A DNA stretch of 64,000 nt, taken from IMG/VR virus record IMGVR_UViG_3300011980_000002, positions 1 to 64,000 of that record; one strand, written 5' to 3'. This DNA is from a virus. Numbering within the stretch: position 1 is the first letter of the stretch; the number at the start of each line of letters is the position of its first letter. The translations under genes were made by a program, and so were the position numbers. The notes beneath the pieces were generated by a model. It saw nothing but the letters and a program-made list of their open reading frames with translations. It had not been told where the DNA came from and did not search any database. Positions 28,292-38,337 of the stretch are shown piece after piece.

Positions 28292-28711
28292 ATGAGAGAT
28301 TTAGCCAGAATTAAAGAACTGATTGAAGTATTTTATAAGAGTAATATAGATGAGTTATGTGATGTAGTTCGTGAATTTATCGAATATCTTTACAGAAATA
28401 GTTTAGATGACGAGTTACCGTTGTTACATAGTATTGAAACTGAACTATCTCAAAGTGAATTAGATTTCGTATTCGATAACAGAGGTATTGAGTATGAACT
28501 TCTTCATATGACATATTCGGATATAGCTGGAGATTATTATATCGTCAGATATTATGATGACGATGATGATAACGATAACGATACCTACTATCTACTATTA
28601 TCTGTAAAAACCACGAGTAAACATAATCCAACTAAATTAGTACTTTTAGATTTAAACAATTTAGAAGAAAACTACCGTTTTGATTTAGAAGAGTTTAGAG
28701 TATTCATATAG
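28292..28711 (+). CDS. Acidic hypothetical protein
   Basis: 139 aa with a poly-D/N tract (YDDDDDNDNDT). Confidence 0.55.
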   Translation: MRDLARIKELIEVFYKSNIDELCDVVREFIEYLYRNSLDDELPLLHSIETELSQSELDFVFDNRGIEYELLHMTYSDIAGDYYIVRYYDDDDDNDNDTYYLLLSVKTTSKHNPTKLVLLDLNNLEENYRFDLEEFRVFI

Positions 28712-28733
28712 ATATATAATAATCCAAATAATA

Positions 28734-28765
28734 ATAACCTTACCACTTAATTGTGGTAAGGTTAT
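28734..28765 (+). terminator. Hairpin terminator
   Basis: ataaccttaccac / gtggtaaggttat, followed by atttttt. Confidence 0.65.
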
Positions 28766-28782
28766 ATTTTTTGTAAGTAAAT

Positions 28783-28810
28783 ATTTATATACTATTTACT
28801 TGTACATTTG
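28783..28810 (+). promoter_or_regulatory. Orphan class-1 promoter-like motif with no SD-led ORF downstream
   Basis: tatttatatactatttacttgtacattt. About 75 nt downstream lies the hairpin 28884..28911. Confidence 0.35.
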
Positions 28811-28883
28811 ATGAAAGCTATATACTCTCATTTTATTATAATTTCAAATTTTGATTATTCAAATGTACATCATATCAGTATTC

Positions 28884-28911
28884 GGTTAGGTTGAATCTAA
28901 CTCACCTAACC
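28884..28911. terminator. Hairpin between the orphan promoter and the 3' end of the minus-strand RNAP gene
   Basis: ggttaggt / acctaacc, with T-rich sequence downstream (28925..28937). Confidence 0.45.
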
Positions 28912-28935
28912 ATTTACTGGTATGTTTTTATTTTT

Positions 28936-31900
28936 TTAATAATCATCTTCTCTGAAATTAGTTTGTCTAATCTCTTCTTCTACATTGTAGTTTAACATCA
29001 ATCCACTATTTACTAAATCAGATCTTAATCCCATTCCTATTAGATAGGTATCTACCGTATTTAGTGTAGTTTTATTTTTTACATCATAAGTTAAATCTTG
29101 ATATCTTACATATCCATTAGTAGCAATCTGTTGCATCATTTCATACTTAGCAACTCTATCATCTGCTCTAGGACCATTTAGTTCTTTTAATGTATCTTCC
29201 AATCCAACTGATACCATTAAGATATTCTCTAAGTCAGTTTCTCTACCATTCTTATCTCCACCAGTAACCTGTCCAGTTAATTCAGATACACTTGTACTAT
29301 TAATACTCATACCATTTTTCTTCATTACTGTCTGTTGTGTTCTCTTAATATGGATATATCCAACTGGTACAGGATTTTGTGTTCCAATTACCATATCTTT
29401 ATCCATAGTCATATGAGGCAAATATACAGTTTCAAATAATGGTATCTTAAGTACATTGGCAGCTCTTTCAATATCTTCTATCTTCATAGTATGCTCATAA
29501 TCAACTATATCCAATATAAGATATTCTTTATCGTTATTAAAGAACTCTTTAAAGAATTTATTAAACTCAGTATCTTCCATACCATCAAATATACCTTTAT
29601 ATTTTTTGGTATTAGTACCAGACTTATCAAAAGCTGTGAAGAATTTATATATTAAATCTTCCATATTCTTTCTTACAGCCGGACTAAATGGAGCTGATTT
29701 ATAAATCTTCTCTAATGACCTTTTTAGTTCTACAATACATTTATTTCCTAAACACATAACGATTATAGATGGTACCATACGTTTAAGAATAGAGTTAGAT
29801 GCAATTATAGTAGATATTTCTTCATCTGGTCTAAATTCACCATATGGTTCATAACCCTCTGGAACTATTTCTCCTATAGTATTTTTAAGAGCAGAGAAGT
29901 TAGCTATCTTACTACCAACCTCTAACGGCTCACTATGTTTAATGTAGAATTCTACTAATACGGAATCATCTACTTTATTACCTTTAATTACTCCATACTT
30001 AGATGGTTTAATAGCACCAGTAGGGTCTGTTATTAACATACCACATTTATAGATACTATCGGACTTGTCATACTTATCAAGTAATTTCTTTTTATCACTT
30101 ACCTTATCATAGTACTTCTTAATTATCTTTCTTAAAGATGGAGACATCTCTTCTAATTCTACAGTAGAATACACTTTAATATCTTCTATAACTCCACTAT
30201 ATTTAGATTTAATAATATTCTTACTACCAGCATCGATAGCATCTTTTATAGTAGGGTCTTTAGATAGAGTATCTAAGAAAGCATTCAACGATGCATCTTC
30301 AAATGAAGTGTCAAACTCTAATAATGAATCTCCAATTTGTATATGGTCTCCAACTTCTACCATTTTAAGTATATTGGAATTCTTACCGATATTAGCAGCT
30401 TTTTGGAATGTCATTTCTGTACTAGCTTCTCTTGCTAATTTGTGAGTAATAAATGTGGAGTCTTCCAATGTGTTATAAGTAGACATTAGTGCTACCTTAG
30501 TTAAAGTACCCAAGTTTAATCTACATCCATTGATATCTGACTTAGTAAAGAAATCTTTATTCCACGCTAATGGTTGATTAACTGTAAATTTCTGTCCTAC
30601 CTTTAAATCTGTAGTTAGTATATTAGACTCATAGAAACCACCACCACCATTCTTAACTATAACTGGAGCTAAGTTAATGGCTTGATGTTCCCCATTCTTA
30701 TATTCTACTACCATGATTTTTTTATTCTCATCTATCTCTAATACTTTACCATTATCTTTAGCATTAACAACAAAGTCTGTAGATAGATGATAACGACAAG
30801 CTTCCTCTACACCATTAGAAATTAATACAGGAGAAGAATTCTCTACTGGGATAACATGCTTAGACTGCTTTATAGCATGACCAATTCTTATTGGGTCATC
30901 ATATGTAGCTGCTGTAGGCATAGTTAATTCACCAGGACTAAATAAGTTAGCATCTTTTAAACTATCCAAATCTTTATCATCAGTCACCTTCATATAACCT
31001 CTAACTGAAGTTATATTAGGTTCTAAGGTTAGTACTCTACTAACACCTACTGAAGCATCTGGAGATGATATTGGTGATAGAATACCAGTCATTGTCTTAT
31101 CATAACATCTCTTAGGTACACTATAAGCATCGTCTAAGTTTATACCTCTCCAACCTTTATAAGAAGTAGTTCTACATCTTTCTAATTCTTGTACAGGGTT
31201 AAGTGTAGAATAATCTTCTACATTAGGAGATGATAATAATTTAGTAATTACACTATCTCTTGGTATATTAAATTTCTTTCTACCATTAGAATTCTTATAT
31301 GTGATATAATTCTTAGCTATTGTATCATATAATATAGCAGGAATAGTTTCTATAGACCTTATTCTTGCTAAATTTTGATTCATCTCAAAAGTATATTGAT
31401 TATCTGCTAATAGCTTAACTGCATATATTATAAGACTAACTATATCAGTAGGAAGATTCATATCGGTTAAGATTTCTTTAGTAATTGGGTCTATAGTAAA
31501 TTCATAAGTATTATCTAATGCATTAGCGATAGACATTTTTCCATATACTTGTAAGAATAATCTTAAATATGGTTCACTACTATCCATGTCTGCAAATGTA
31601 TATTTTTCAGTCTCTATAACTCTTAAACCATTGATCATTAAACCATATTCAGGTTTATCTTGGTATATCATATAACAATCACTAAACCTTATATAATTTT
31701 CATTAATCTTTAAATCATTAGGTTTCTTATCTGATATACGATATTCAAGATTCATTTTCTTAAGTACTGTAGACAATCCTTCCCATGCGCTACATAACAT
31801 AATCGCAGGTAAGTCTTTACCCATAGTCTTAATCTTTCCATACATTAATCTTTTTCCAGGTTTAACTGTTTTATATTCTTTAATTAATGCTTCATCATTA

Positions 31901-33879
31901 GTAGAGTTAAATATTAAATCTACTATACCTAAATCATCATCAGTAGTCTGAGTTTCTAAATCTATATAAACAGGTTTACCTTCACTAAACCCAATTAACA
32001 GTTTTCCTTCAGGTACTTTAATCTTCTTTAAAGCAATTTGTTTATATATATCTTCTTGACTGAAGAATATCTGTAATTTAGGAGATTTATATGCCCAGAA
32101 TATTTTAGATAATTCATCATACTCTATAGTGGTAATTCTATTATTATTCGTAACCATAGCATTACCCATTTCAAATCTCTTAGCAAAATCACTATTCTTA
32201 GCTAATATCTTTTTAAGTATAGCTATAGAAGATAATGTCTTAATATCTACTCTTCTAACGAACATCTTATTATAGTTAGTAACTATCTGTACAGTATCTT
32301 CTCCGGTTTTTACTAATGGTAAAAGAAACTCTTGGTTCATTATAAGTTTCTTATTACCACCTAAATACATAAATTTATTATCTATGAATTTAGGTATATC
32401 AAATTTCATAGTAGTTCTTTGTCTATTACCATCTTCTAATTCTACAGTGTATGTATCTACATAGTTAAGTTCATCTGATGTATCTTCTACTTTAATATTT
32501 CTTATAAAGATAGGTAATGATTTATCTGATAATGATGTTATTGCCTCAGATATATCTTTAGGCATTACTTTCTCTATATAAGTCTTATTATGATTAACAA
32601 ACTTAGACTTAGCCATATTTTTATTAGTAGACTTAATATGGTTAGATATATCGGTAGATGGTATTTCTACTTTATTAGTATTTAATTCATGTAAAGCTTT
32701 TAATGTCATATTACCAAGCATTATCTTCTCTTGGTTCTTTCTTAGTAATTCATCCCTAGCTGTACTTGCAGTAGACTTGGCTACTGTCTTTTTACCAAAT
32801 GAAGATTTATATAATTTCTCTATAGCTTTATTATCTTCTTCAGTAGCCATTTCAACTTCATTAGCGATAACTTCTTCTATTTCATCATCACTAGAGTTTT
32901 TAGCTACATCAGAACTCATTATTTTCTCTTCAACATCTTTAATCTTATCTTTAATGATATTAGCTACTTCTTTATCATCATCTTCAGTTTCTTCTTCCTC
33001 TTTATTATACTCCTCTAAATCAGTAACTTCATTTGGGTCTTCATTAATATCAGTATCTTTATCACCAGTAACTCTTTGCTTAATATTAGATACAATAGTA
33101 TCGTGAAGTTCATCCTTATTGATAGTCTCTTCATCAAGTTCTTTCTCTATACTAATATTAGCAGTTCTGTATAATCTCTTAAGTTCTGTCATTAATGTCG
33201 TATATGACTTATCATCACATTTTGATGGGTTAACTCTTACCGTATGAAGTTTATTAAAGATATAAAAATCTAAATTTATATCTTTAATTAATTCAGGTCT
33301 TTTAAGTAAGGTATAATATAACATATACACAGGATTATCTATTAATTCAATCACTCTTCCTTTAATGATATTCCTAAAGTTATTAATGTCTATTAATACC
33401 ATCTTCTCATTATACTTCTTTATTCCTGGAGTATTGAGAATTCCTTTAAAATAATCCCAGAAAGTTTCCATTTTAACTCTTGGTAATAATTTTTTAGTAA
33501 ATGTCTTATATATTTCAAAATACTTACTAAAGTCAAAGAATGTATTCCTATTCATATCATTCATATTAATATCTTGATATGGATAAGGATGTATAGAAGT
33601 TTTATTTTCTATCTCATTCTTAAATTCTCTTTTCTTGTTAAGTAAGTTTATATTATAGACTTTATGATATAACTTACCTCTATATCTTAATGGATAATAA
33701 TAATATTTATAATTATTGGTAGCAATATAATTGGTCTTATCATTAATGATATTAAACGACTCATTTCTGTTATTAGTCATTAATATAATAATATTATCTT
33801 TACCCATTGGATTTCCATTAGGTAAGGTTACCTTTTTTCTTGTAAATTTTAATTCAGGTATATCCTTTGGAGTTATCAT
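28936..33879 (-). CDS. Multisubunit RNA polymerase beta-like subunit, full-length (N and C halves fused), with a long acidic N-terminal extension
   Basis: NPVQELERCRTTSYKGWRGINL...GILSPISSPDASVGV matches the bacterial beta pattern NPL.E..H.RR.S..GPGGL...GR.CP.ETPEG.N.GL. DPIRIGHAIKQSKHVIPV matches the beta pattern NRALMG.NMQRQAVP. LTGQVTGGDKNGRETDLENILMVSVGLEDTLKELNGPRADD matches the beta C-terminal pattern QP..GK..FGGQRFGEME.WAL.AYGA...L.E.L...SDD. Confidence 0.75.
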   Translation of the reverse strand: MITPKDIPELKFTRKKVTLPNGNPMGKDNIIILMTNNRNESFNIINDKTNYIATNNYKYYYYPLRYRGKLYHKVYNINLLNKKREFKNEIENKTSIHPYPYQDINMNDMNRNTFFDFSKYFEIYKTFTKKLLPRVKMETFWDYFKGILNTPGIKKYNEKMVLIDINNFRNIIKGRVIELIDNPVYMLYYTLLKRPELIKDINLDFYIFNKLHTVRVNPSKCDDKSYTTLMTELKRLYRTANISIEKELDEETINKDELHDTIVSNIKQRVTGDKDTDINEDPNEVTDLEEYNKEEEETEDDDKEVANIIKDKIKDVEEKIMSSDVAKNSSDDEIEEVIANEVEMATEEDNKAIEKLYKSSFGKKTVAKSTASTARDELLRKNQEKIMLGNMTLKALHELNTNKVEIPSTDISNHIKSTNKNMAKSKFVNHNKTYIEKVMPKDISEAITSLSDKSLPIFIRNIKVEDTSDELNYVDTYTVELEDGNRQRTTMKFDIPKFIDNKFMYLGGNKKLIMNQEFLLPLVKTGEDTVQIVTNYNKMFVRRVDIKTLSSIAILKKILAKNSDFAKRFEMGNAMVTNNNRITTIEYDELSKIFWAYKSPKLQIFFSQEDIYKQIALKKIKVPEGKLLIGFSEGKPVYIDLETQTTDDDLGIVDLIFNSTNDEALIKEYKTVKPGKRLMYGKIKTMGKDLPAIMLCSAWEGLSTVLKKMNLEYRISDKKPNDLKINENYIRFSDCYMIYQDKPEYGLMINGLRVIETEKYTFADMDSSEPYLRLFLQVYGKMSIANALDNTYEFTIDPITKEILTDMNLPTDIVSLIIYAVKLLADNQYTFEMNQNLARIRSIETIPAILYDTIAKNYITYKNSNGRKKFNIPRDSVITKLLSSPNVEDYSTLNPVQELERCRTTSYKGWRGINLDDAYSVPKRCYDKTMTGILSPISSPDASVGVSRVLTLEPNITSVRGYMKVTDDKDLDSLKDANLFSPGELTMPTAATYDDPIRIGHAIKQSKHVIPVENSSPVLISNGVEEACRYHLSTDFVVNAKDNGKVLEIDENKKIMVVEYKNGEHQAINLAPVIVKNGGGGFYESNILTTDLKVGQKFTVNQPLAWNKDFFTKSDINGCRLNLGTLTKVALMSTYNTLEDSTFITHKLAREASTEMTFQKAANIGKNSNILKMVEVGDHIQIGDSLLEFDTSFEDASLNAFLDTLSKDPTIKDAIDAGSKNIIKSKYSGVIEDIKVYSTVELEEMSPSLRKIIKKYYDKVSDKKKLLDKYDKSDSIYKCGMLITDPTGAIKPSKYGVIKGNKVDDSVLVEFYIKHSEPLEVGSKIANFSALKNTIGEIVPEGYEPYGEFRPDEEISTIIASNSILKRMVPSIIVMCLGNKCIVELKRSLEKIYKSAPFSPAVRKNMEDLIYKFFTAFDKSGTNTKKYKGIFDGMEDTEFNKFFKEFFNNDKEYLILDIVDYEHTMKIEDIERAANVLKIPLFETVYLPHMTMDKDMVIGTQNPVPVGYIHIKRTQQTVMKKNGMSINSTSVSELTGQVTGGDKNGRETDLENILMVSVGLEDTLKELNGPRADDRVAKYEMMQQIATNGYVRYQDLTYDVKNKTTLNTVDTYLIGMGLRSDLVNSGLMLNYNVEEEIRQTNFREDDY

Positions 33880-33926
33880 ATTAACTTAATTAGTACCCCT
33901 TTCTTTAATTTTCATAGACTTAAATC

Positions 33927-33938
33927 TATGTTTTTTGG
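33927..33938 (-). promoter_or_regulatory. Class-2 promoter-like motif CCAAAAAACATA (minus strand)
   Basis: The plus strand reads tatgttttttgg. It lies about 48 nt upstream of the start at 33879. Confidence 0.35.
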
Positions 33939-34023
33939 ACATATTATTAGCTTTTATAAATAAAATCACATTTAGATATAATATAATCTATAATTATGAA
34001 AGGAATGAAAGATTTAAATAATT

Positions 34024-35196
34024 ATGGGAATTGAATTAAATAATGAACAAATCATGGCTACATATAAAGCTGAGTCATGGTGGAAATCAAGAGATAAACA
34101 AGTATTTGAAATATCCGGAGCTGCTGGAACAGGTAAAACTACATTAGTATGTTATTTAATAGAGAAATTTGGTTTAGATATGGATGAAGTATTATTTGTT
34201 GCATATATGGGAAAAGCTGTATCCCAATTAAGTAAACATGGTTTACCTGCTAAAACTATACATTCCACAATATATGACTATGAAAGAGTTCCTGATAAAG
34301 ATGAAGATGGGAATATAATCTTTAAACCTAATGGAAGAATTAAAATGGTTGGAAGATTTACATTAAAAGAAAAAATCTCTAAGAAGATTAAATTAATTAT
34401 AGTAGATGAAGGGTCTACTGTAGAAAAGAAAATGGGACAAGATTTATTATCATTTGGAGTTCCTATTATAGTATTAGGAGATTTAAACCAGTTACCACCC
34501 CCATTCGGAACTTCTATATTCTTAGATAAACCAGATATTATATTATCACAAATAATGAGACAAGCTGAGGGTGACCCTATAGTATGGTTATCTCAACAAG
34601 TACTCCATGGTAAAAGATTATCTGTAGGAGTTTATGGTAATTCTTCTGTTATTAATAAAGACAATATGTCAGATTTTATACTTAAACAAGCAGATATAGT
34701 TTTAACAGGGACTAATTTATTAAGATATCATATGAATAATCATTTCAGGGAAAATATTAAGAATTATAAAAATTTAGATTTTCCACATATTGGAGAAAAA
34801 TTAATCTGTAGAAAGAATAACTGGGATAGAATTATAGATGATGGAATTTATTTAACTAATGGAACTACTGGAGTATGTACATACTTTGAAAAAGAGTCTT
34901 ATAATGGTAAAACTTGTGTTATAGATTTCAAAAGTGATTTTAGTAAAAAGGAACTTAGAAATTTAAAGATAGATTATAATAGACTTAAGACACAAAATAC
35001 TATGGAAGAAGGATATAGTGACTATACATTAGATGTATTTGAATATGCTTATGCAATTACCGTACATAGTTCACAAGGTAGTCAATATCCAAATGTAATA
35101 CTATTAAATGAAGAATTCTTAAGTAAAGCTGATTATAAGAAATGGTTATATACGGGAATAACCAGAGCAATGAAATCTGTTACAGTAGTATTATAA
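34024..35196 (+). CDS. SF1 DNA helicase, Dda/RecD-like
   Basis: Walker A is GAAGTGKTT and Walker B is LIIVDEGS. The late SF1 motifs YAITVHSSQGSQY and LYTGITRAMKSV are present. Confidence 0.8.
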   Translation: MGIELNNEQIMATYKAESWWKSRDKQVFEISGAAGTGKTTLVCYLIEKFGLDMDEVLFVAYMGKAVSQLSKHGLPAKTIHSTIYDYERVPDKDEDGNIIFKPNGRIKMVGRFTLKEKISKKIKLIIVDEGSTVEKKMGQDLLSFGVPIIVLGDLNQLPPPFGTSIFLDKPDIILSQIMRQAEGDPIVWLSQQVLHGKRLSVGVYGNSSVINKDNMSDFILKQADIVLTGTNLLRYHMNNHFRENIKNYKNLDFPHIGEKLICRKNNWDRIIDDGIYLTNGTTGVCTYFEKESYNGKTCVIDFKSDFSKKELRNLKIDYNRLKTQNTMEEGYSDYTLDVFEYAYAITVHSSQGSQYPNVILLNEEFLSKADYKKWLYTGITRAMKSVTVVL

Positions 35197-35202
35197 AAGA
35201 AA

Positions 35203-35248
35203 ATAATTATAGACTATAGTAGAATTAACTACTATAGTCTATAATTAT
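35203..35248 (+). terminator. Hairpin terminator (about 20-bp stem)
   Basis: ataattatagactatagtag / ctactatagtctataattat. Confidence 0.6.
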
Positions 35249-35395
35249 TAAAAAAGCGTATTTATGAAAAAAGAAGATTTAGCTAAAAATATTATATACC
35301 GTATAATATTTACTAATATGTTATATAAGATATTAATATTAGCTATATAATATTAAGATGTAATATAAATATAAATTTTAAAGGAGAAAATAAAT

Positions 35396-36139
35396 ATGAG
35401 AGTTGATGTTTTTGATATAATAAATACTCACGCAAGTCTAGTGAGTAAAGATGAGATTTGTAAACTAATGGAAGATATATGGTCAGAAATGGATTACTTC
35501 GAAGTAGATTCATTTTTACCAATATTATTTAAGAGACTTTTTAGCATGGAACGCTTCGATCCAATTGCTATGGAAATATCATCAAATAGCTGCAATATTA
35601 GTATTCGTATTGATGGTTATCCAGGTTGTATGGTTGATTTCGATTATACACTTAGTAGATATTCGGATGGGTTCATTATACAATTAACATCTGTTGATGA
35701 TATACTATTCTTCAACTCCAAAGGATTTCCATTGATATATAGATTGAAAATAGGTGATATGATTAAAAAGAATAGAACTGAGGAATTTACTAAGCTTGAA
35801 TATTTACATTTAGTAGGCAAAGTCAGTCCCGAAGACTACAATACAATTGGAGATATGTTTAAATCTATACCGTCTACAGCTATGATAAATCCTTACAAAA
35901 TTTTTAATATATTAACAAATTACTATTCTAGGTATGCGAGGAGTGAAACAACAGTATATCTAGGCAATGCAGATATTGGTAAATACATACTAGATATCGT
36001 TATTAAAGATCATGATCTTATCCTCAAATATGGGATTTCTCAATCATACGAAGATAATTCGTGTTATGCGAAACTTATTAGTACCGACTATGAGAATTTA
36101 AATTTTCCAATAATATATGATTTTGGTATAAAACTCTAA
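35396..36139 (+). CDS. Two-domain array protein, member 1 (N-type plus C-type ~115-aa domains)
   Basis: Consensus leader TTTAAAGGAGAAAATAAATATG. The N-terminus, MRVDVFDIIN...LMEDIWSEM..FEVDSFLPILFKRLF, is related to 38338. The domains end in FPLIYRLKIGD and FPIIYDFGIKL. Confidence 0.65.
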   Translation: MRVDVFDIINTHASLVSKDEICKLMEDIWSEMDYFEVDSFLPILFKRLFSMERFDPIAMEISSNSCNISIRIDGYPGCMVDFDYTLSRYSDGFIIQLTSVDDILFFNSKGFPLIYRLKIGDMIKKNRTEEFTKLEYLHLVGKVSPEDYNTIGDMFKSIPSTAMINPYKIFNILTNYYSRYARSETTVYLGNADIGKYILDIVIKDHDLILKYGISQSYEDNSCYAKLISTDYENLNFPIIYDFGIKL

Positions 36140-36148
36140 AAAAAAAAC

Positions 36149-36186
36149 ACTACCAGATAGTGCTTTATATAATATTATCTGGTAGT
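36149..36186 (+). terminator. Hairpin terminator
   Basis: actaccagata / tatctggtagt. Confidence 0.5.
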
Positions 36187-36222
36187 AATAAAAATATTAG
36201 TTAATTCAAAGGAGAAAGAAAT

Positions 36223-36579
36223 ATGGAAATAAAGAAGTCTAACAATAAAATTTTATCATTGCAATTATTTGGCAATGTTTTATTAAGAGATTACGAGTAC
36301 ATAGAAGAAGTATTTGGTAAAATAGAATCTGATCGTTTACAAGATAGTATATTTGAAGCAATGTATACGGTATATAGGGGACGTCCAATATTGACAGTAA
36401 ATCGATATCAAAATGCACAAAATTGTATATATGTGAGTATCGGTAATGTTACAATCGACTATTATACAGAGTTTGATCGTTCGACTAATATATTAACAAT
36501 AAAAGCAGGTTCTATTGAAGGTGCTGATGCTAATAGATATCTGATAATTAGATCATTATCTGTAAAAATAAATAATTAA
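36223..36579 (+). CDS. Array protein, member 2 (single C-type domain only)
   Basis: ILSLQLFGNVLLRDYEYIEEVF ... YLIIRSLSVKINN. Confidence 0.65.
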   Translation: MEIKKSNNKILSLQLFGNVLLRDYEYIEEVFGKIESDRLQDSIFEAMYTVYRGRPILTVNRYQNAQNCIYVSIGNVTIDYYTEFDRSTNILTIKAGSIEGADANRYLIIRSLSVKINN

Positions 36580-36600
36580 ATTTTAAAGGAGAAAATAAAT

Positions 36601-37311
36601 ATGAGAGTTGAAACTGAAATACTTTACAAACCTGATGGAAAAACTATAAAAGTTATAACTGAAGATTATGTAAAATATTTAATAGATGAATCTTCTCGTA
36701 AGTATAATTGTACTGATGAGTCATTTATAATGTGTTCATTGTTTAATGATACTGGAGACATAGACCATTTTGAAAAGAGCAGTAATGGTACTCTTGTGAT
36801 ATTTTATAAAAGTAATTGTAGTGTAAACTATTATTACAGCTTTAAAGATAATCTTATAGATTTAAGATTGTGCAATATATCTAACTTTCAGTATTTTGTA
36901 GATAATGGTATATTAATATATGAAAAAATATTAATATCGAGAATCAATGATAAAATAAAGAAGTTTGACAATGAAATTTTATCATTACAATTATTTGGTA
37001 ATGTATCATTGGAAGATTATAGATGTATAGGAAATGCATTTAGTGAAATGGTATATAGCCCAATACATCCGTTTGATAAATTAATTGAGGTGATGTATGA
37101 CATATCTCCGAAATGTGAACCTTTACGTATTAAGCATGATTTTGAACCATTTGATACTTTGTATGTAGAAATTGGAGATACTGAAATTGAGTATTGTTCA
37201 GAATTTGACACGAATACTAATATATTAAAAATAAGGCTAGTTTCTATTGATAATTTTAATGATAATAAATATCCGATAATTAAAGAATTATCTGTAAAAA
37301 TATATAATTAA
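36601..37311 (+). CDS. Two-domain array protein, member 3
   Basis: ILSLQLFGNVSLEDYRCIGNAF ... YPIIKELSVKIYN. Confidence 0.65.
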   Translation: MRVETEILYKPDGKTIKVITEDYVKYLIDESSRKYNCTDESFIMCSLFNDTGDIDHFEKSSNGTLVIFYKSNCSVNYYYSFKDNLIDLRLCNISNFQYFVDNGILIYEKILISRINDKIKKFDNEILSLQLFGNVSLEDYRCIGNAFSEMVYSPIHPFDKLIEVMYDISPKCEPLRIKHDFEPFDTLYVEIGDTEIEYCSEFDTNTNILKIRLVSIDNFNDNKYPIIKELSVKIYN

Positions 37312-37401
37312 GTTTATTGGGGTATATTATCATGACAGAAATAAATGATATTGATAAGTGCTGTATTAAATAAAAATTATAACTTATCCGTATTATTTCA
37401 T

Positions 37402-37430
37402 TATATATATACTATTTATGTGTAAATAAA
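37402..37430 (+). promoter_or_regulatory. Class-1 promoter-like motif with an upstream ATCCGTAT box
   Basis: atccgtat (37386) is followed by tatatatatactatttatgtgtaaataaa. The same two-part layout occurs at 39982/40001 and 50827/50851. Confidence 0.5.
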
Positions 37431-37460
37431 AAAATATATCAATTCAAAGGAGAAAGAAAT

Positions 37461-38216
37461 ATGAGAATTAAGAAATTGGAGTTAGTAAATAACAGTAAAT
37501 ATGAAGGAGCTTTAAATGTAATATAAACCATGAATGAGCATATTGAAGAGTTTAATCCTGTTGAGTATATAAATAGACTCTTTAGGAAACTCCTTGTATT
37601 TAATGATAATTACGAGGATGTAAAAACTTGTGTAGATATGAACAAAGGTATTGTTACAATAAAGTGTGATTATGAAAGAGTCGTCATTGTATATAATATT
37701 AAAGTTAAATACGGTGACCTAGAATTATCTCTAAAATCTGTTAATGATTTTGAATATTTTGCAAATAGAAGTCTTTCAGTAATTCATAAACTTATTATAA
37801 CAGATTTACCGGAAGGTATTGAAGATGAGGATCGTGAATTATATAATCATGAAATATCCAATATGATACTTATCGGAAATGTAATGTCTAGGCATTATGA
37901 AATTATCAGAAATAAATTCTTATCAATTAAACCTGATAAAGATTTAGATGTTTATAAAGTGGTTAATAGGTTATATGACCATTATGACAACTATAGAAAT
38001 GCCTCAGTTACCATAACTGAGACAGCTATAGATCAATTTAAATATAATGTAACTATAACTATGGGAAGTGGCTATCAGAAGCTTGAGTATATAATCTCAT
38101 TAAATCAGAAAGATAATACTATAAGTATTAAGCTTATTGAGGATGAAGATGATGAGATAGAAGCTAATTACCCAGTGATAGCTGCTGTTGATATTAAACT
38201 CAATAAAGAAAGGTAA
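37461..38216 (+). pseudogene. Two-domain array protein, member 4, interrupted by an in-frame TAA at 37524..37526 (long ORF resumes at ATG 37530)
   Basis: The consensus leader CAAAGGAGAAAGAAATATG drives the 21-codon ORF MRIKKLELVNNSKYEGALNVI, which aligns with the N-termini of 35396 and 38338. It is in frame with 37530..38216, whose ATG has no SD. Confidence 0.55.
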
Positions 38217-38221
38217 TAAAA

Positions 38222-38268
38222 AATACCAGTTGATACTTATTATAGTTATTGACTGGTATTTTTTTTTT
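38222..38268 (+). terminator. Hairpin plus T10 terminator
   Basis: aataccagt / actggtatt, followed by tttttttt. Confidence 0.65.
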
Positions 38269-38337
38269 ATAGTTATGAACATCATCTATATAATATTAAT
38301 TTGTAATAAATAATTAATTTTAAAGGAGAAAAGAAAT

